Below are positions 1-12,590 of a stretch of 64,000 bases of DNA, one piece after another. The position numbers were made by a program, and so were the translations under genes. Position 1 is the stretch's first letter, and each line of letters begins with the position of its first letter. Origin of the DNA: Octopus sinensis (Eukaryota); the NCBI RefSeq assembly GCF_006345805.1, contig NC_043010.1, forward strand, positions 1 through 64,000, read 5' to 3'. The notes below the pieces were generated by a model. It saw only the letters and a program-made list of their open reading frames with translations, was not told the DNA's origin and ran no database searches.

Positions 1-178
1 AATATGGGTAAGTTCGTGGTCCCGTAAATCATGAACATGGTAAAATCCTTTACCACATATGCTACAGTGCTGCACCATTTCTTGGTCAGCATCGAGATCA
101 GAATTGCAGGCTCGAGTTGCTTCTGCAAATGCATTGATGTGCATGAAAGCTGAAGAGTGCTTTTTGGAATTACTGTGC
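1..178 (-). CDS. Coding exon of a C2H2 zinc-finger gene (continues off the window start)
   Basis: Acceptor TTGATTTTGCAG at 180-179, then G + 59 open codons: HSNSKKHSSAFMHINAFAEATRACNSDLDADQEMVQH-CSICGKGFYHVHDLRDHELTH-I. Canonical C-x2-C-x3-F-x5-L-x2-H-x3-H finger at 4-66. Not in the ORF track because it has no ATG. Confidence 0.85.
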
Positions 179-258
179 CTGCAAAATCAACATATTAACA
201 TAAATTTATAAATTTAATAAATATACAAGTACATAAATCTAACATACATATAAACATA

Positions 259-474
259 CAAGGGCATGCTGAAAAGCTCCTGGCTTTGGATAAAAGAAAA
301 CTAGGAGGTTCGGTTAATTACAATTTTATTCAACATATTTCCCTCTCAGATTTACACACTTATTGCAGCAGTTCTTCAGTATTTCTAAGCCCTGTAAAAG
401 AACTTGGAAGGTTGGGCCTCCAACCAGGCCTTTTGCAATACCCTTAAAGCCAGGAAAGTTTTAGCACACCCGTG
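259..474. mobile_element. Tc1/mariner-type MITE
   Basis: TA at 257-258 and 475-476. Imperfect TIRs of about 29 bp: CAAGGGCATGCTGAAAAGCTCCTGGCTTT / AAAGCCAGGAAAGTTTTAGCACACCCGTG. Confidence 0.75.
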
Positions 475-536
475 TAAGTAAAAGTATACACATATTAACA
501 CCTATAAACATATATAAAAAGAAATATCACATGTGA

Positions 537-870
537 AGTTGCATGGCTCAATGGTTAGAGCATCGGGCTCGCTATCATGAGGTAGTGAATTTGATTCCCA
601 GACTGGGCTGTGTGTTGTTTTCTTAAGCAAGAAACTTCATTTCATGTGGCTCCAGGTCACACATCTGTAAAAATGAGTTGTGACATCACTGGTGCCAAAC
701 CGTACCGGCCTTTGCCTTTCCCTTGGATAACATTGGTGGCATGGAGAGGGGAGGCTGGTATGCATGGGCGGCTGCCGGTCTTCCACAAACAACCTTGCCT
801 GGACTTGTGCCCCTGAGGGTAACTTCCTAGGTGCAATCCCATGGTCATTCATGACCAAAGGGGGTCCTTT
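537..870 (+). mobile_element. tRNA-derived SINE
   Basis: A-box-like TGGCTCAATGG and degenerate B-box GAATTTGATTCCC, followed by a SINE-like body. Not a foldable tRNA gene. Confidence 0.65.
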
Positions 871-1958
871 TATATATCACATCGTCTTATCTCAAATCTC
901 TACCAATTCTATCACTACTACAAGGCCTTCTGCACCATTTATTCTCCTTGTCAGATGTTCTTACTCACTCTCTGAGCTCTGCACTAACCACTCTTCTTAA
1001 TCTCTCTCAAATTATTTGGTCCTTACAAACAAAACCATATGATTTTCCACCCTACTCTAATCCTTAACCAAAGATCTTATTTCATCTTGCCAATGCATGC
1101 ACAAATTCTTTGTTATTTAACACCAAAGTAGATCTTCCTGATGCAGGATCAATAACAAGTGACATCAAAGACTGTGGAATCGCTTGTAAACAGAGTGGTT
1201 GCAATTTCAAAATTATTACTTACTTCTCTCAATCTGCTGAAGCAAACGGTCAGACAGAGGTTGACTGAATGGAACTATAACAAATTACAAATTAGTTTGG
1301 ATAATACACATATCTATTTATCTAAGACATAAACAAACATCAGACTAAAGACACTGCAAACACAGGGTGTATATTGGGCACTTTTACTGTTTTTGTACCA
1401 CAAAATAAAGAAAAAAATATATGTTCATAGGTGTGTGTATGTTTGTGTGCATACAGATACACATACATACTTACACTGGCCATTTTGAGTTGTTTCTGCC
1501 ATCACATTTTCATTTCATTTATGCAAATTACCTAGGCCATAAATGTGCTCTACTCTCTTTTTGTATAAGTATCTCATTCTGCCAGAGAGAAAATAGAGAA
1601 ACTGTTGTGTTGATGATGCTTACTGAGGCAGAAACATGTGCAGGGCTGTCCTAACTGCTACCATGCAATTCAATTATCTTACCTTTTCTGGAAGCAGTGA
1701 TAATTTCAAGAAAACAAAAAAAAAAATGTATGGTTTTTAATATAATCTTATTTTCAAGTATATTTATGAATATCCAAGATTTGTTTTAGGATATAACCCT
1801 ATTATTACATCCATAAACCCCTTGCACAATACCTAGCATTTGAATCTTCTGTATCAACAAAATTATATCTACTGCTGTCCATTATACCCACTAATCTCTT
1901 TACATATATTTGTTCTTACTACTGCGGTATTGTCGTCATCATCATCATCATCATCATC

Positions 1959-2340
1959 AAGGCAGCAAGCTGGCAGAATTGTTAGCATACTGGGTGAAAT
2001 GCTTAGCGGACTTTCATCCATCTTCACATTCTGAGTTCAAATTCCACCAAGTTTGACCTTGCTTTACATCATTTCGAAGTTGATAAAATACTTTCCAGTT
2101 GAGTATTGGGGCTGATGTAATCAACTTACCCCCTCCACCAAATTTGCTGGCTTTGTACCCTGGGAAAAATGCTTAGCGGGATTTCCTCCACATCTACATT
2201 CTGAGTTCAAATTCTGATGAGGTCGACTTTGTCTTTTATTGTTTTGGGGTCGATGAAATAAGTACCAGTTATGTACTGGGGTTGATGTAATTGACTTATC
2301 CCCTCCACCAAAATTTCAGGCCTTGTGCCTATAGTAAAAA
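1959..2340 (+). mobile_element. Two adjacent copies of an abundant SINE-like repeat
   Basis: Shared core TCTGAGTTCAAATTC...GTCGACTTTG...TGGGG(T)TGATGTAATC with an (ATT)n tail. Related copies at about 3660-3850, 4455-4830, 13440-13580 (-), 16228-16369, 54255-54465 and 57360-57545 (-). Confidence 0.7.
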
Positions 2341-2639
2341 GTATTATTATTATTATTATTATTATTGTTATTATTCAGTAGTCTTATTTTTATTGGGTGC
2401 TTTCACTGTACTATTGAGTACAGCTCTGTGTGTCTTGGGTAAGTGCTGTCTTGTTAAAGAGAAAGTTCTTGCTGTCATTGCTATTACTATTGTTGTTGTT
2501 GCAGCTACTGTGGTTGGCATTGACACTGCAACTGCTATTGCTAGTACTGCTGCTGCATAACAATATATTTTTGTAAGTCCTGGTGTTTTGGTCATGTTTT
2601 TTAACCATACCTAATGCACCTACTATTATGGGGATTATT

Positions 2640-3640
2640 TGTTTCCAGGCTCCCCATTTGGATTATCTCCATTTCCATATCTTTGTATTTCAAGAGTTTC
2701 TCTGCTTCCTTTAGAGAAACATTATCATTTGTTGGGACTGATATGTCCCAAAGCATTATTTTTCTTGGTGGTCCCTAACAACAATATCTGGCCTATTAGC
2801 CTTGATAATTCTATTTATGTCTATCGGCATATCCCAGAGTATGGTTATTTTGTCATTTTTTGACACCCTTTCTGGGATATGCTTATATCATTTTTTTTTT
2901 CTGTTGCCATTCCATAGAGCTGCACAACTTCCAGTGCATATATGTCCCAACTCTGTCATGTCTGTATATATATTCTTTTTAGCCAGGACTGGACAGCCAG
3001 AGGCAATATGATTTATTATTTCTTCCCCATCACCAATTATTCTGCAATTATTTATTGTATTTTCCTTCATTATGTGTTTTTGTTGGGGAGGCCTTGATAT
3101 TGTATTGCAATTAAAAACCCTTCAGTCTTTGCTTTCAGTCCCAAACTTCTCAACCACTGCTGGGATTTTACTTTATCTATTTCTTTTCTGTTTAACTTAT
3201 TCCAGTATTTGCCATGTAATGGCTTTTCTTGTCATTGTTCTATTGTGGTATTTTGTAGCTCCAATTTTAGCTTAGATTTTAGTTGCTTCACAGCTTTTGT
3301 TATTTCTTCTTTTTCTTCATAGTTGTCAGGTATCAATAATCTCTTTCTCCTATTTTTCAGCCTCCTTGAAAACTGAAAACAGTATTTTCATTTTGCTCAT
3401 ACTTTGTGGCTATTTGTACGAGTTTTCTTTGGTTCTGAGTTAGATATTTCTGAGGTCCTGAGGTCTACCCTTCAATTCATTGTATATATAACCTTTTTCT
3501 GTCAGATTTTGGGTGGTATACTAAATTCTGTCATTATAATATTTTTCCTTGTCTAGCTTGGCTAATTCATGTAGAATATTATAATTGTGAATTCTAAGTG
3601 GGACAGCTAGAGTATTAATACTTATCTTATATTTCAAACT
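2640..3640 (-). mobile_element. Degraded R4/Dong-type LINE fragment
   Basis: Translates to CRIIGDGEEIINHIASGCPVLAKK and YTDMTELG. DNA resembles the better-preserved copy at 57550-57800. Confidence 0.7.
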
Positions 3641-3946
3641 GAGTTCTGTTTTAAACACTAATCTAACTCACTAGACAAAATGTTTAGTGAAATTTCTTCT
3701 GGGATTGCATTCTGGGTTCAAATTCTACCAAGGTTGACTTTGCCTTTCATCTTTTCAGCATTGATAAAATAAGCAACAGTCAGGCACTAGAATCAATTTA
3801 ATTGAGCAGCCCCCTCTCCCAAAATTTCAGGTCTTGTGCTTATAGTAAAATGAATAATTATTATTATTATCATCATCATCATCATTATTATTATCATTAT
3901 TATCATCATCATCATTACTATTATTATTATTATAATTATTATTATT

Positions 3947-4425
3947 GAGTGAGAGAGCAGTGCGTGCCATCAAAGTGACACTGGGGTAAAATATACGAAG
4001 CCCGGTATACCCATTATGACTACCTGTCTGATAAGAGTACACCAGGCACATGCATCACAAACATATGTGCGCGTCATATCAAGATAAACAGCGCATGACC
4101 TTGCGGGTGGGGCCCAGTTAGAATTTTCTTTAGGTTGAGTAGCCCATGCCACTCAAAAGGTCCCTGAATAAGGATTGTTTAAGGATGTTGACTGAACCAC
4201 CTATGTTTCCAAAGGTGAATTATCCAAACCTCTAAGAAATCCTTTCAACACATGGCTATGATGCTCCCCCACTACTTTTGCTCATGATCAGAGATGCACA
4301 TATCATCAGCCACTAAGGGACATGCTCAACAGGTTAAAGTCAAACAACTGACAAACCAATCTGTGGTATTGAGCAGAATATTTGCTGTAGCCCATCTTTT
4401 ATACCAAGACAAAACAATGTACATG
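3947..4425 (-). mobile_element. Non-coding interspersed repeat abutting (TTA)n, copy 1
   Basis: Clearly homologous to 53385-53938. Both begin with GAGTGAGAGAG directly after a (TTA)n tract. Confidence 0.7.
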
Positions 4426-5238
4426 AAAATACTTATCATTATTATTGTAACACCAGACAAAATGTTTAACAGCATTTCTTCTGATTCCATATTCTGACTT
4501 CAAATTCTGTTGAGGTCAACTTAGCCTTTCATTCTTATGGGGGTCAATAAAATAAAGAACCAATCAATTACTGGGGTTGATGTAATCGATGTTGCCCTCT
4601 CCACAAAATTTCCTTGAGCCAAAAATTAGAAAGAATTATTATTAGTATGTTAGACAAAATGCTTAGTAGTGTTTCTTACAGCTTTATGATCAGAGTTCAA
4701 ATCCTGATGAGGTTAACTTTACTTTTCATCCGTTCAGGGATCAATAAATTAAGGCTCTAGGTACTAGAAGTTGATATTATCAACCTGACCTTCCCGGCTC
4801 AAAAGTGCTGTTCTTGTGACCAAATTTGAAACAGTTATTACTGTTGTTGTTGTTATTGTCATTGTAAATATTATTAGTTTTACTCTGATTGTCTAACTCC
4901 AGGGTTCACCTCATGTCAATGCAACTTTTACTACAACTATTAACATATGCTTTAAATACTTAGATGATAATTACCATTCTGTAGTTTGCTTGGTTGTTGC
5001 TACTTTCCATATCACTTTATATATTCAAGTATACATATTTTTTCATATTTTGTACTGTATTTTATAATATATACATGCACTATTTCCATTATTTCTCTTG
5101 TTGTTGTTGTTCTGTACTAGCAACTACTATTAGTAATACATTTTGCAATTGTGACTTTACATATCCATGTGTGTATATACACATACCTGTGCAGGTGTTT
5201 GTGGTGTGTGTAAGTGAATGTGTATGTATGTATATATA

Positions 5239-5275
<37 letters not shown>

Positions 5276-6038
5276 GACATATATTAAAAAATGGAGTAAG
5301 CAAATCATTTTGCTAATCAATCTTGCATTATTATGCAATAATTCCTGCAACTATCGATTAATTTTCATTTACGGTTTCCTCCATAGCACATATCAAAGCT
5401 GATTCTTCAGAACTGCATAAAAAAATATGCCTGACCAAACCCAAGATCCACTGAATATATATACAGGTTGGGCATATCCACATGAACACATAATAGAAAC
5501 AAATGAATGTCAAGAATGAAATGGCTTGAGGGAAAGTTATTTTGTTTATTAAGAAAAGCTGCTAAAGGAGTTATAACTTCTTAACATCTGATTTAATGAA
5601 GCAAGCAGTTATAAATTCTGTTGCTAATAATGTACTGAACTACCAATTGATAAAACAATTATCTCATCTAAACAAAACAACCCTGTCTCAAACCATTTAT
5701 TTCTTGGCATTCATTCATTTCTTTTATCAGTTTCTTTTGCCAAACCTTTAAGTTACAGGGATGTAAACAAACCAATGCAGGTTGTCAAAGCAGTGGGAGG
5801 AGCAGACAAACACAGATATATACATACACCCTCACACACACATGTATATATATACATGGATGCATATACACTCTCTTCGAAACTAATAAGTTTTTTAAAA
5901 ATCTGTGATAAGACTGTGCATCATCATTAAGGAACTTTGGAAAGCTGTTTACAACCTATATCTGCCTTTAATGGAATTATCTCCAATATTTCATGAGTAT
6001 AACCTCACCCACTAAGATGTCTAGAGAACTCAAATGTA

Positions 6039-6129
6039 TTTTAGCTGATGAGTACGGGACGCTTTTATCTGCTGCAATTTTTGCAACTTGTAATAAAGCC
6101 TGTCTTTGTATGAAACAATTGTACTAAAA
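6039..6129 (+). ncRNA. Type I hammerhead ribozyme motif with long stem II
   Basis: TTTTAG (6039-44), CTGATGA (6045-51), long imperfect hairpin, GAA (6112-14), palindromic ACAATTGT, cleavage A (6123), CTAAAA (6124-29). Confidence 0.6.
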
Positions 6130-6479
6130 ACCAATCCATTCTTGTTGCTTCTTCTCGTTTATAATCACCCCACATTACTGTATGGATAACACCATATAGT
6201 TTTTCTGGTGCATCTAAGTTAAGTACCACATTCAAGTAAATTCATTGGAAGTTACTTGAATCTTAATTGCTTTGATTGAATATATATATATATATACACA
6301 CACATATATATCAAGTAAGTTTATCTTAATCTTTTTGATGCAACTCTATTCTATACTGTTTTCTCCCCATCGTTTTCTCTCACATCCTTTCTCTAATTCC
6401 TTTTTTCTCCCCTTCACCATTTTCTATCTGTCTGTCTCTCTCTCTCCCTTCTCTCTCCTTTTCTCTATTGTTGCTTACA

Positions 6480-6935
6480 CATGATCATCGTCCATCTTTC
6501 TTCTTCTCATGTTATCATCTTTCTTTTCTTTCAGGACTGTCCTAAAGACTGGACGTATCCTATCTCTCTTTCTTCTATCTTTTTTCTTGTCAAAGAAAAT
6601 ACTTCTCCAGCATTCAGTATTTTACCCTCGTTCTGGTCGAACAACCCTCCATGTTTGTTTCTGTTCGGTTTCATTGTATGTCTCTACTGTCCTGTTTTTG
6701 TTCCCGAATTTGACCCTCCATAAATTCCAAATTTTATTTTGGTACTTATGGAAGCAACTGTCTTTGAAGACTCGCATTGTTGTTCAATGCTCGAAATGAG
6801 ATGTAGATAGGCAGCCAACAACTGATGAAGTGCCGTTCTTTATGTTACTTGTCCTACTTTCCATTTGTTTCACTCGTTGTTTGCATACTGAACTCATTTG
6901 CTTTTTTATTTCATGTTACTGTTGGTGACGTCCTG
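6480..6935 (+). mobile_element. Repeat ending in GTCCTGTACCCATA plus (TG)n; possibly Penelope-related
   Basis: Same terminal motif and internal CGAAA...CTGATGAA layout as the elements at 31140-31330 and 32100-32310. Confidence 0.4.
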
Positions 6936-7056
6936 TACCCATATGTGTGTGTGTGTGTGTATCTGTGTATATAAATATATATATATACTAGCTGAAGGTG
7001 ACCCGCTCTACGCGCGGGTAAGGGTGTGGTTGTTACTTTCTGTTGCTTCCTTTCAG

Positions 7057-7369
7057 CACGTAAAAAGCAGCATCTGAACGTGGCCGATTGCAGCGCCGCC
7101 TTGACTGGCTTCTGTGTCAGTGGCACGTAAAAAGCACCAACCGATTGTTGACGCTGCGAGCCCCCCTGGCACCTGTGCCTGCGGCACGAAAATAGCACCC
7201 ACTACACTCACAGAGTGGTTGGCGTTAGGAAGGTCATCCACCTGTAGAAACACTGCCAGATCAGACTGGAGCCTGGTGCAGCCTCCTGGCTTCCCAGACC
7301 CCGGTCAAACTGTCCAACCCGTGCTAGGACGGAAAACGGACGTTAAACGATGATGATGATGATGATGAT
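7057..7369 (+). mobile_element. 3' UTR fragment of the RTE LINE family
   Basis: Homologous to 12270-12590, including GAGTGGTTGGCGTTAGGAAGG..GGACGTTAAACG and a (GAT)n tail. Confidence 0.8.
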
Positions 7370-8117
7370 TCTCCCTCTTTGTTTCTCTCTCCTTTCTCTC
7401 TCACTTTCCCACTCTCTTACTTTTCTTTTCTCTCGGACTCTCCCTCGCTTTCTCTTACTCTCTATCTTTATCTATCTCTCTCCCATTTATAAACAACAAA
7501 AGATCTTGAGTAAGTTGAGAAATAAAATATTTAGAAAGATCAATCATAAATATCAGGCAGTGGCAACGGAAAGGTCTGCTTCAAGGCAGACAGCAAAACG
7601 CTAACATTTAAAAGGGACAGACGAACTTGCGAGCTGAATAAAAATAATAAAATATTGGAAAACAAAGTTTGAAGGGATAGAATCTGAGGATAGTAGAGTC
7701 ACCATGACTAGCATTTCTTAACGACGGACAGTTTAACGGCTGGCGTAAAATTTTGAACTTGATGTAAAAGAAAATTCGTAAACACCAAGTTTTGAAGTGA
7801 TTCTTTCTCAAGACAGTAGACTCACCATGGCAAGCATTCAAAACCTCTTCATCATGGACGGCAACACATTGAAGATTAAAAGGCTGGCGCAAATTTTTTA
7901 GCTTGATGTAACAGAGAATTCCTAAACACTCGCTCCTTTAAATTTTAATCCCCTTCCAGCCCCATTTATACCCCTTTTCACCTTTTGGTTAATATAACCC
8001 GATTTCATTCGGGTCTACTGGGGCCACATTTTATAAGATGAGGAATTTTGTCCTAGAGATCACGCCTTTCATTTGAGGAAAAAAATAGTTGTCATGCAAA
8101 CTTGCCAACACTTTTAA

Positions 8118-9207
8118 CCCTTTCGTTACCAAACCGCCCAAAGCCGCCTGAAAAAAATTTTGGCTAATGTGACCAAACCGCCCAAACTCGCCCGTATTTA
8201 CCTATTCATATTTAAATGAGAATATCAGAGCAAATCTCTTTATTACATTCGTGAAACCACGTGATTATACTTCGTAAACAGTTCATCTACAGTTTTGTAC
8301 AACAATCGAAGTGTAATTTTAATTCCGTGAATTTTGGGAGATTTTTTCCAAAATTTGTTCCTATTGTGTTTTCAAACTTTGTAATTCTGACAAAAAAATG
8401 GATACGAATTTCATCATATCAAGCAGTGAGTCAGAATTCGAAGGATTTTCTACTGAAGACCTTGATAAATCTAACTCTATGACTGAAAAAAAAAAAGCAC
8501 GTGGTATTTGATAATGCATCTGATGTTTCATTTTCCGAAAGTGAAAACAGTGAATCCGAGAGCTCCAACAGCGATAAAGAAAATGAATTGGCACCTGAAT
8601 GGAGTGAAAATTGAAAAACTGTTTCTTTCGGTGATTTTTCTGAAGAAACTGGACCAAGCCACAGACTTTCCCAGGAGAGTAAAGCCTTAGACTATTTCTT
8701 TTTACTTTTTCGAATGAGCCTATTTGAAATTATTACGGCGGAAACGAACCGTTACGCTAAATGTAAACAAAGCGAAAGAAAGGATAGTTAGTGGTTTCCC
8801 CACAACCTTAAATGAAATTAAGACTATTTTGCCATAAATATTATTATGGGTATCAGAAAGTTACCCAGAATAACAAATTCTATCGTAAAATTTTGTTGTA
8901 TACCCAATTGAATATTAGCTTATAACCCATTTTCTATAGCGATGTTTGAACAAAATTTTAATAATTTTATATTTTGTTGAATTTACCTGTATCTACCTGC
9001 AATTAGAGTCACTTTGTGACAAAAATTATAGTATAGAATTGGTTGAGAACATTTCATTCAATTATCTTCCAAAAATCACATCAATATATTGATAAATAAA
9101 AAAGTTATAGTTGTTTAATGAAACCAGACTAACTTTATGATTATGTTAGAAATTAATTGAAACACATAAGGGGGTGTATTTTGGTCAGAAATATAGTAAC
9201 GAAAGGG
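8118..9207 (+). mobile_element. Internally deleted piggyBac element
   Basis: TTAA at 8114-17; 12-bp TIR CCCTTTCGTTAC / GTAACGAAAGGG; right target TTCA. Broken transposase N-terminus: acidic leader, DYFFLLF, EIITAETNRYA, INIIMGIRKLP. Confidence 0.85.
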
Positions 9208-9258
9208 TTCATAGGTGTGCATATTTTCAGCTGAACCGACCGACCACATAATGCACAC

Positions 9259-9299
<41 letters not shown>

Positions 9300-9309
9300 T
9301 ATATATATA

Positions 9310-9358
<49 letters not shown>

Positions 9359-10148
9359 ATGTGTGTGTGTGTGTGTGCATGCATTATATATACAAATTAT
9401 ATATATATATGTATAAATTAAATTAGAGATAAAACCACTAATAGGCAAAAATAAACAAAAACAAAAACATAAAAATAAAAATATAATATAGAAAATATAT
9501 AAAATTGAAAAATTTAAATTATTTAAATTTAAAATAAAAATTATTAAATTATATTTATAATTTGTTTAAAAATATATATAACTATCAAAAAGTATTAAAA
9601 AGTTTAATATACATAAATACAGATATATACACTTTGTATATATACATTATATATACATATTTATATATCGAACACACACACACACACATATATAAATGAA
9701 CGCAATGAATATCTGATTCATAATATCTGTTCTCATGATTGTGTGTTGTTGGTAGCAATGATAATTCTCCCTATGAATGCAGACAGATACATCAAAGAAA
9801 GCCGTCTGACGAACTTATAAAGGGAAAGTGAAAGGGAGTTGAGGGGAATACATTAAATAACGGGAGTGGACTTCTCAAAGTTATAAATGAAGGGGAATAA
9901 GAGAGGGAAAGGAGGAAATAGCGTGAGTGAGGAAGATGGCCCCTAGCAACCACAACTTTCAAGATAGGGATTTCTAAGGTAGCCCACGGGCATCGTCACC
10001 TCATTCTACATGTCCCTGTAAATTTTGGAGCGAATCGGACGGGATGTAGAGGCATTGAAGGCAATCCAAGCGGTAAAAACGCATTTCAGTTTTATATATA
10101 GAGATATACATACATATATATATGCATATATATTATTTATATATATAT

Positions 10149-10180
<32 letters not shown>

Positions 10181-10209
10181 TATATATATATATACACACG
10201 TGTATACAC

Positions 10210-12590
10210 ACACACACCACATCTATATACCCGTATAGTCAACCAGGTGATACACGAAGGAGTCATACCCAATGACTGGTGCAGCAGCATACTAGTCAAC
10301 TGCTACAAAGGTAAAGGTGATGCCCTAGATACAAATAATTACAGAGGTATCAAGCTGTTGGATCAAGTATGAAGGTTACGGAGAGGGTCATAGCCCAACT
10401 AATCAGAGAGAGAGTTAGTTTAGATGAGATGCAGTTTGGGTTCGTGCCAGGAAAAAGTACCACTGATGCTATATTCCTGGTAAGGCAGCTGCAGGAGAAA
10501 TACCTAGCCAAGATAAGCCCCTGTACCTGGCTTTCGTTGACATGGAGAAAGCTTTTGATAGGGTCCCCCGATCCCTTATCTGGTGGTCAATGAGGAAACT
10601 AGGGATAGATGAATGGCTGGTGAGGACTGTGCAAGCCATGTACAGAGATGCCGTAAGTAAGGTTAGGGTTGGCAACATGTACACAGAAGAATTCAAAGTA
10701 GAGGTTGGGGTCCACCAGGGTTCAGTACTCAGCCCCCTCCTATTTATCATAGTACTCCAGGCAATTACGGAGGAATTCAAGACAGGCTGTCCCTGGGAGC
10801 TCCTCTACGCTGACGACCTTGCTCTTATTGCTGAGTCACTATCAGAACTGGAGGAGAAGTTCCAAGTGTGGAAGGAGGGTTTAGAATCAAGGGGCCTTAG
10901 AGTCAACCTAGCTAAAACCAAAGTACTAATAAGTAGAAAGGTAGACAATCCACAAATATCTTCAGGAAGATGGCCCTGCTCGATCTGTAGAAAAGGTGTA
11001 GGTAGAAACTCTATAAGATGTACCCAGTGTAAGCTATGGACACATAAGAGGTGCAGCAATGTCAAAGGTAGGCTAACTGGGAAGATAGTTTTTGTATGTG
11101 GCAGATGCTCGGGAGCATTAACCTCCGAAAATCTGCAGAAAACAACTTCCGTCACTTTCCAGGGGGAAAAACTAGAAGTAGTTGATAGCTTCCGTTATCT
11201 AGGTGACCAAGTCAGTAGTGGGGGTGGGTGCACTGAAAGTGTAACTGCTAGAATAAGAATAGCCTGGGCAAAGTTTAGGGAGCTCTTACCTCTGCTGGTG
11301 ACTAAAGGCCTCTCGCTCAGAGTAAAAGGCAGACTGTATGATGCGTGTGTACGAACAGCCATGCTACATGGCAGCGAAACATGGGCTGTGACTGCTGAGG
11401 ACATGCGTAAGCTCGTGAGGAATGAAGCCAGTATGCTCCGATGGATGTGTAATGTCAGTGTACATACTCGACAGAGCGTTAGCACCTTGAGAGAAATGTT
11501 GTACCTAAGAAGCATCAGTTGTGGTGTGCAAGAGAGACGATTGCGCTGGTATGGTCATGTGGCGAGAATGGATGAAGATAGGTGTGTGAGAAAGTGCCAA
11601 TCCCTAGCAGTTGAGGGAACCCGTGGAAGAGGTAGACCCAGGAAAACCTGGGACGAGGTGGTGAAGCACGACCTTCGAACTTTAGGCCTCACTGAGGAAA
11701 TGACCAGAGACCGAGACCTTTGGAAATATTCTGTACGTGAGAAGACCAGGCAGGACAAGTGAGCCCAGCCCACTTATGAATGCCTTTCCTCCCTTGGACA
11801 CAAAGACCGGTTGAGGCAAGCGAAGTCGATATAGAACCTCATCCGACGACAGACACCCATCCCAACCCCCCATGCTTGCGAAGACATGTTGGGGCAAGCG
11901 AAATCGAAATCGAAATCGAAACCGAATTGAACCAGCCAGGATCCCTGGCCTGGTGGTACGTAAAAAGCACTATCCGACTCGGGGCCGTGGCACGTAAAAT
12001 ACTCCAATGCGACCGTACGACAGGCACCCATGCCAACCCCCTTTGCTTGTGAAGACATGTTGGGGCAAGCGAAATCGAAATCGAATTGAACCAGCCAGGA
12101 TCCCTGGTCTGGTGGTACGTAAAAAGCACTATCCGACTCGTGGCCGTGGCACGTAAAATACTCCAATGCGACCGTACGACAGGCACCCTTGCCAACCCCC
12201 TTTGCTTGTGAAGACATGTTGGGGCAAGCGAAATCGAAATCGAATTGAACCAGCCAGGATCCCTGGTCTGGTGGTACGTAAAAAGCACTATCCGACTCGT
12301 GGCCGATGCCAGCACCGCCTCGACTGGCTTCCGTGCCGGTGGCACATAAAATACACCAATCTGACCGTGGCCGTTGCCAGCCCCGCCTGGCACCTGTGCA
12401 GGTGGCACGTAAAAAGCACCCACTACACTCACGGAGTGGTTGGCGTTAGGAAGGGCATCCAGCTGTAGAAACATTGCCAAATTAGACTGGAGCCTGGTGC
12501 AGCCTTCTGGCTTCCCAGAACCCCGGTCGAACCGTCCAACCCATGCTAGCATGGAGAACGGACGTTAAACGACGATGATGATGATGATGA
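10210..12590 (+). mobile_element. 5'-truncated RTE-clade LINE (RT, PHD-like finger, 3' UTR, (GAT)n tail)
   Basis: NYRGIKLL, QFGFVPGKSTTDAIF, KAFDRVPR, GVHQGSVLSP, LYADD, RLRWYGHV. Two apparent 1-nt deletions near 10368 and 10512, then a 406-aa open frame (10542-11762). Confidence 0.93.
11850..12305 (+). repeat. About 159-bp tandem repeat (about 2.7 units) in the RTE 3' UTR
   Basis: GAAGACATGTTGGGGCAAGCGAAATCG recurs at 11880, 12051 and 12210. Confidence 0.9.

Larger units (their letters stand above)
6988..10104 (-). mobile_element. Non-autonomous Helitron carrying nested insertions
   Basis: On the minus strand: 5' A|TCTCTATATATAAAA at 10104, and 3' hairpin ACCCGC..GCGGGT plus CTAG|T at 6988. 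That both ends belong to one element is inferred. Confidence 0.6.

Noticed and set aside
537-620. tRNA genes (here and at 33100-33190)
   Set aside because: Degenerate boxes, no cloverleaf, and continuous with SINE bodies.
5365-5420. Possible third hammerhead on the minus strand (CTGAAGA...GAAACCGTA)
   Set aside because: Stem I is only about 3 bp, stem III is not palindromic and stem II pairs poorly. At best a decayed copy.
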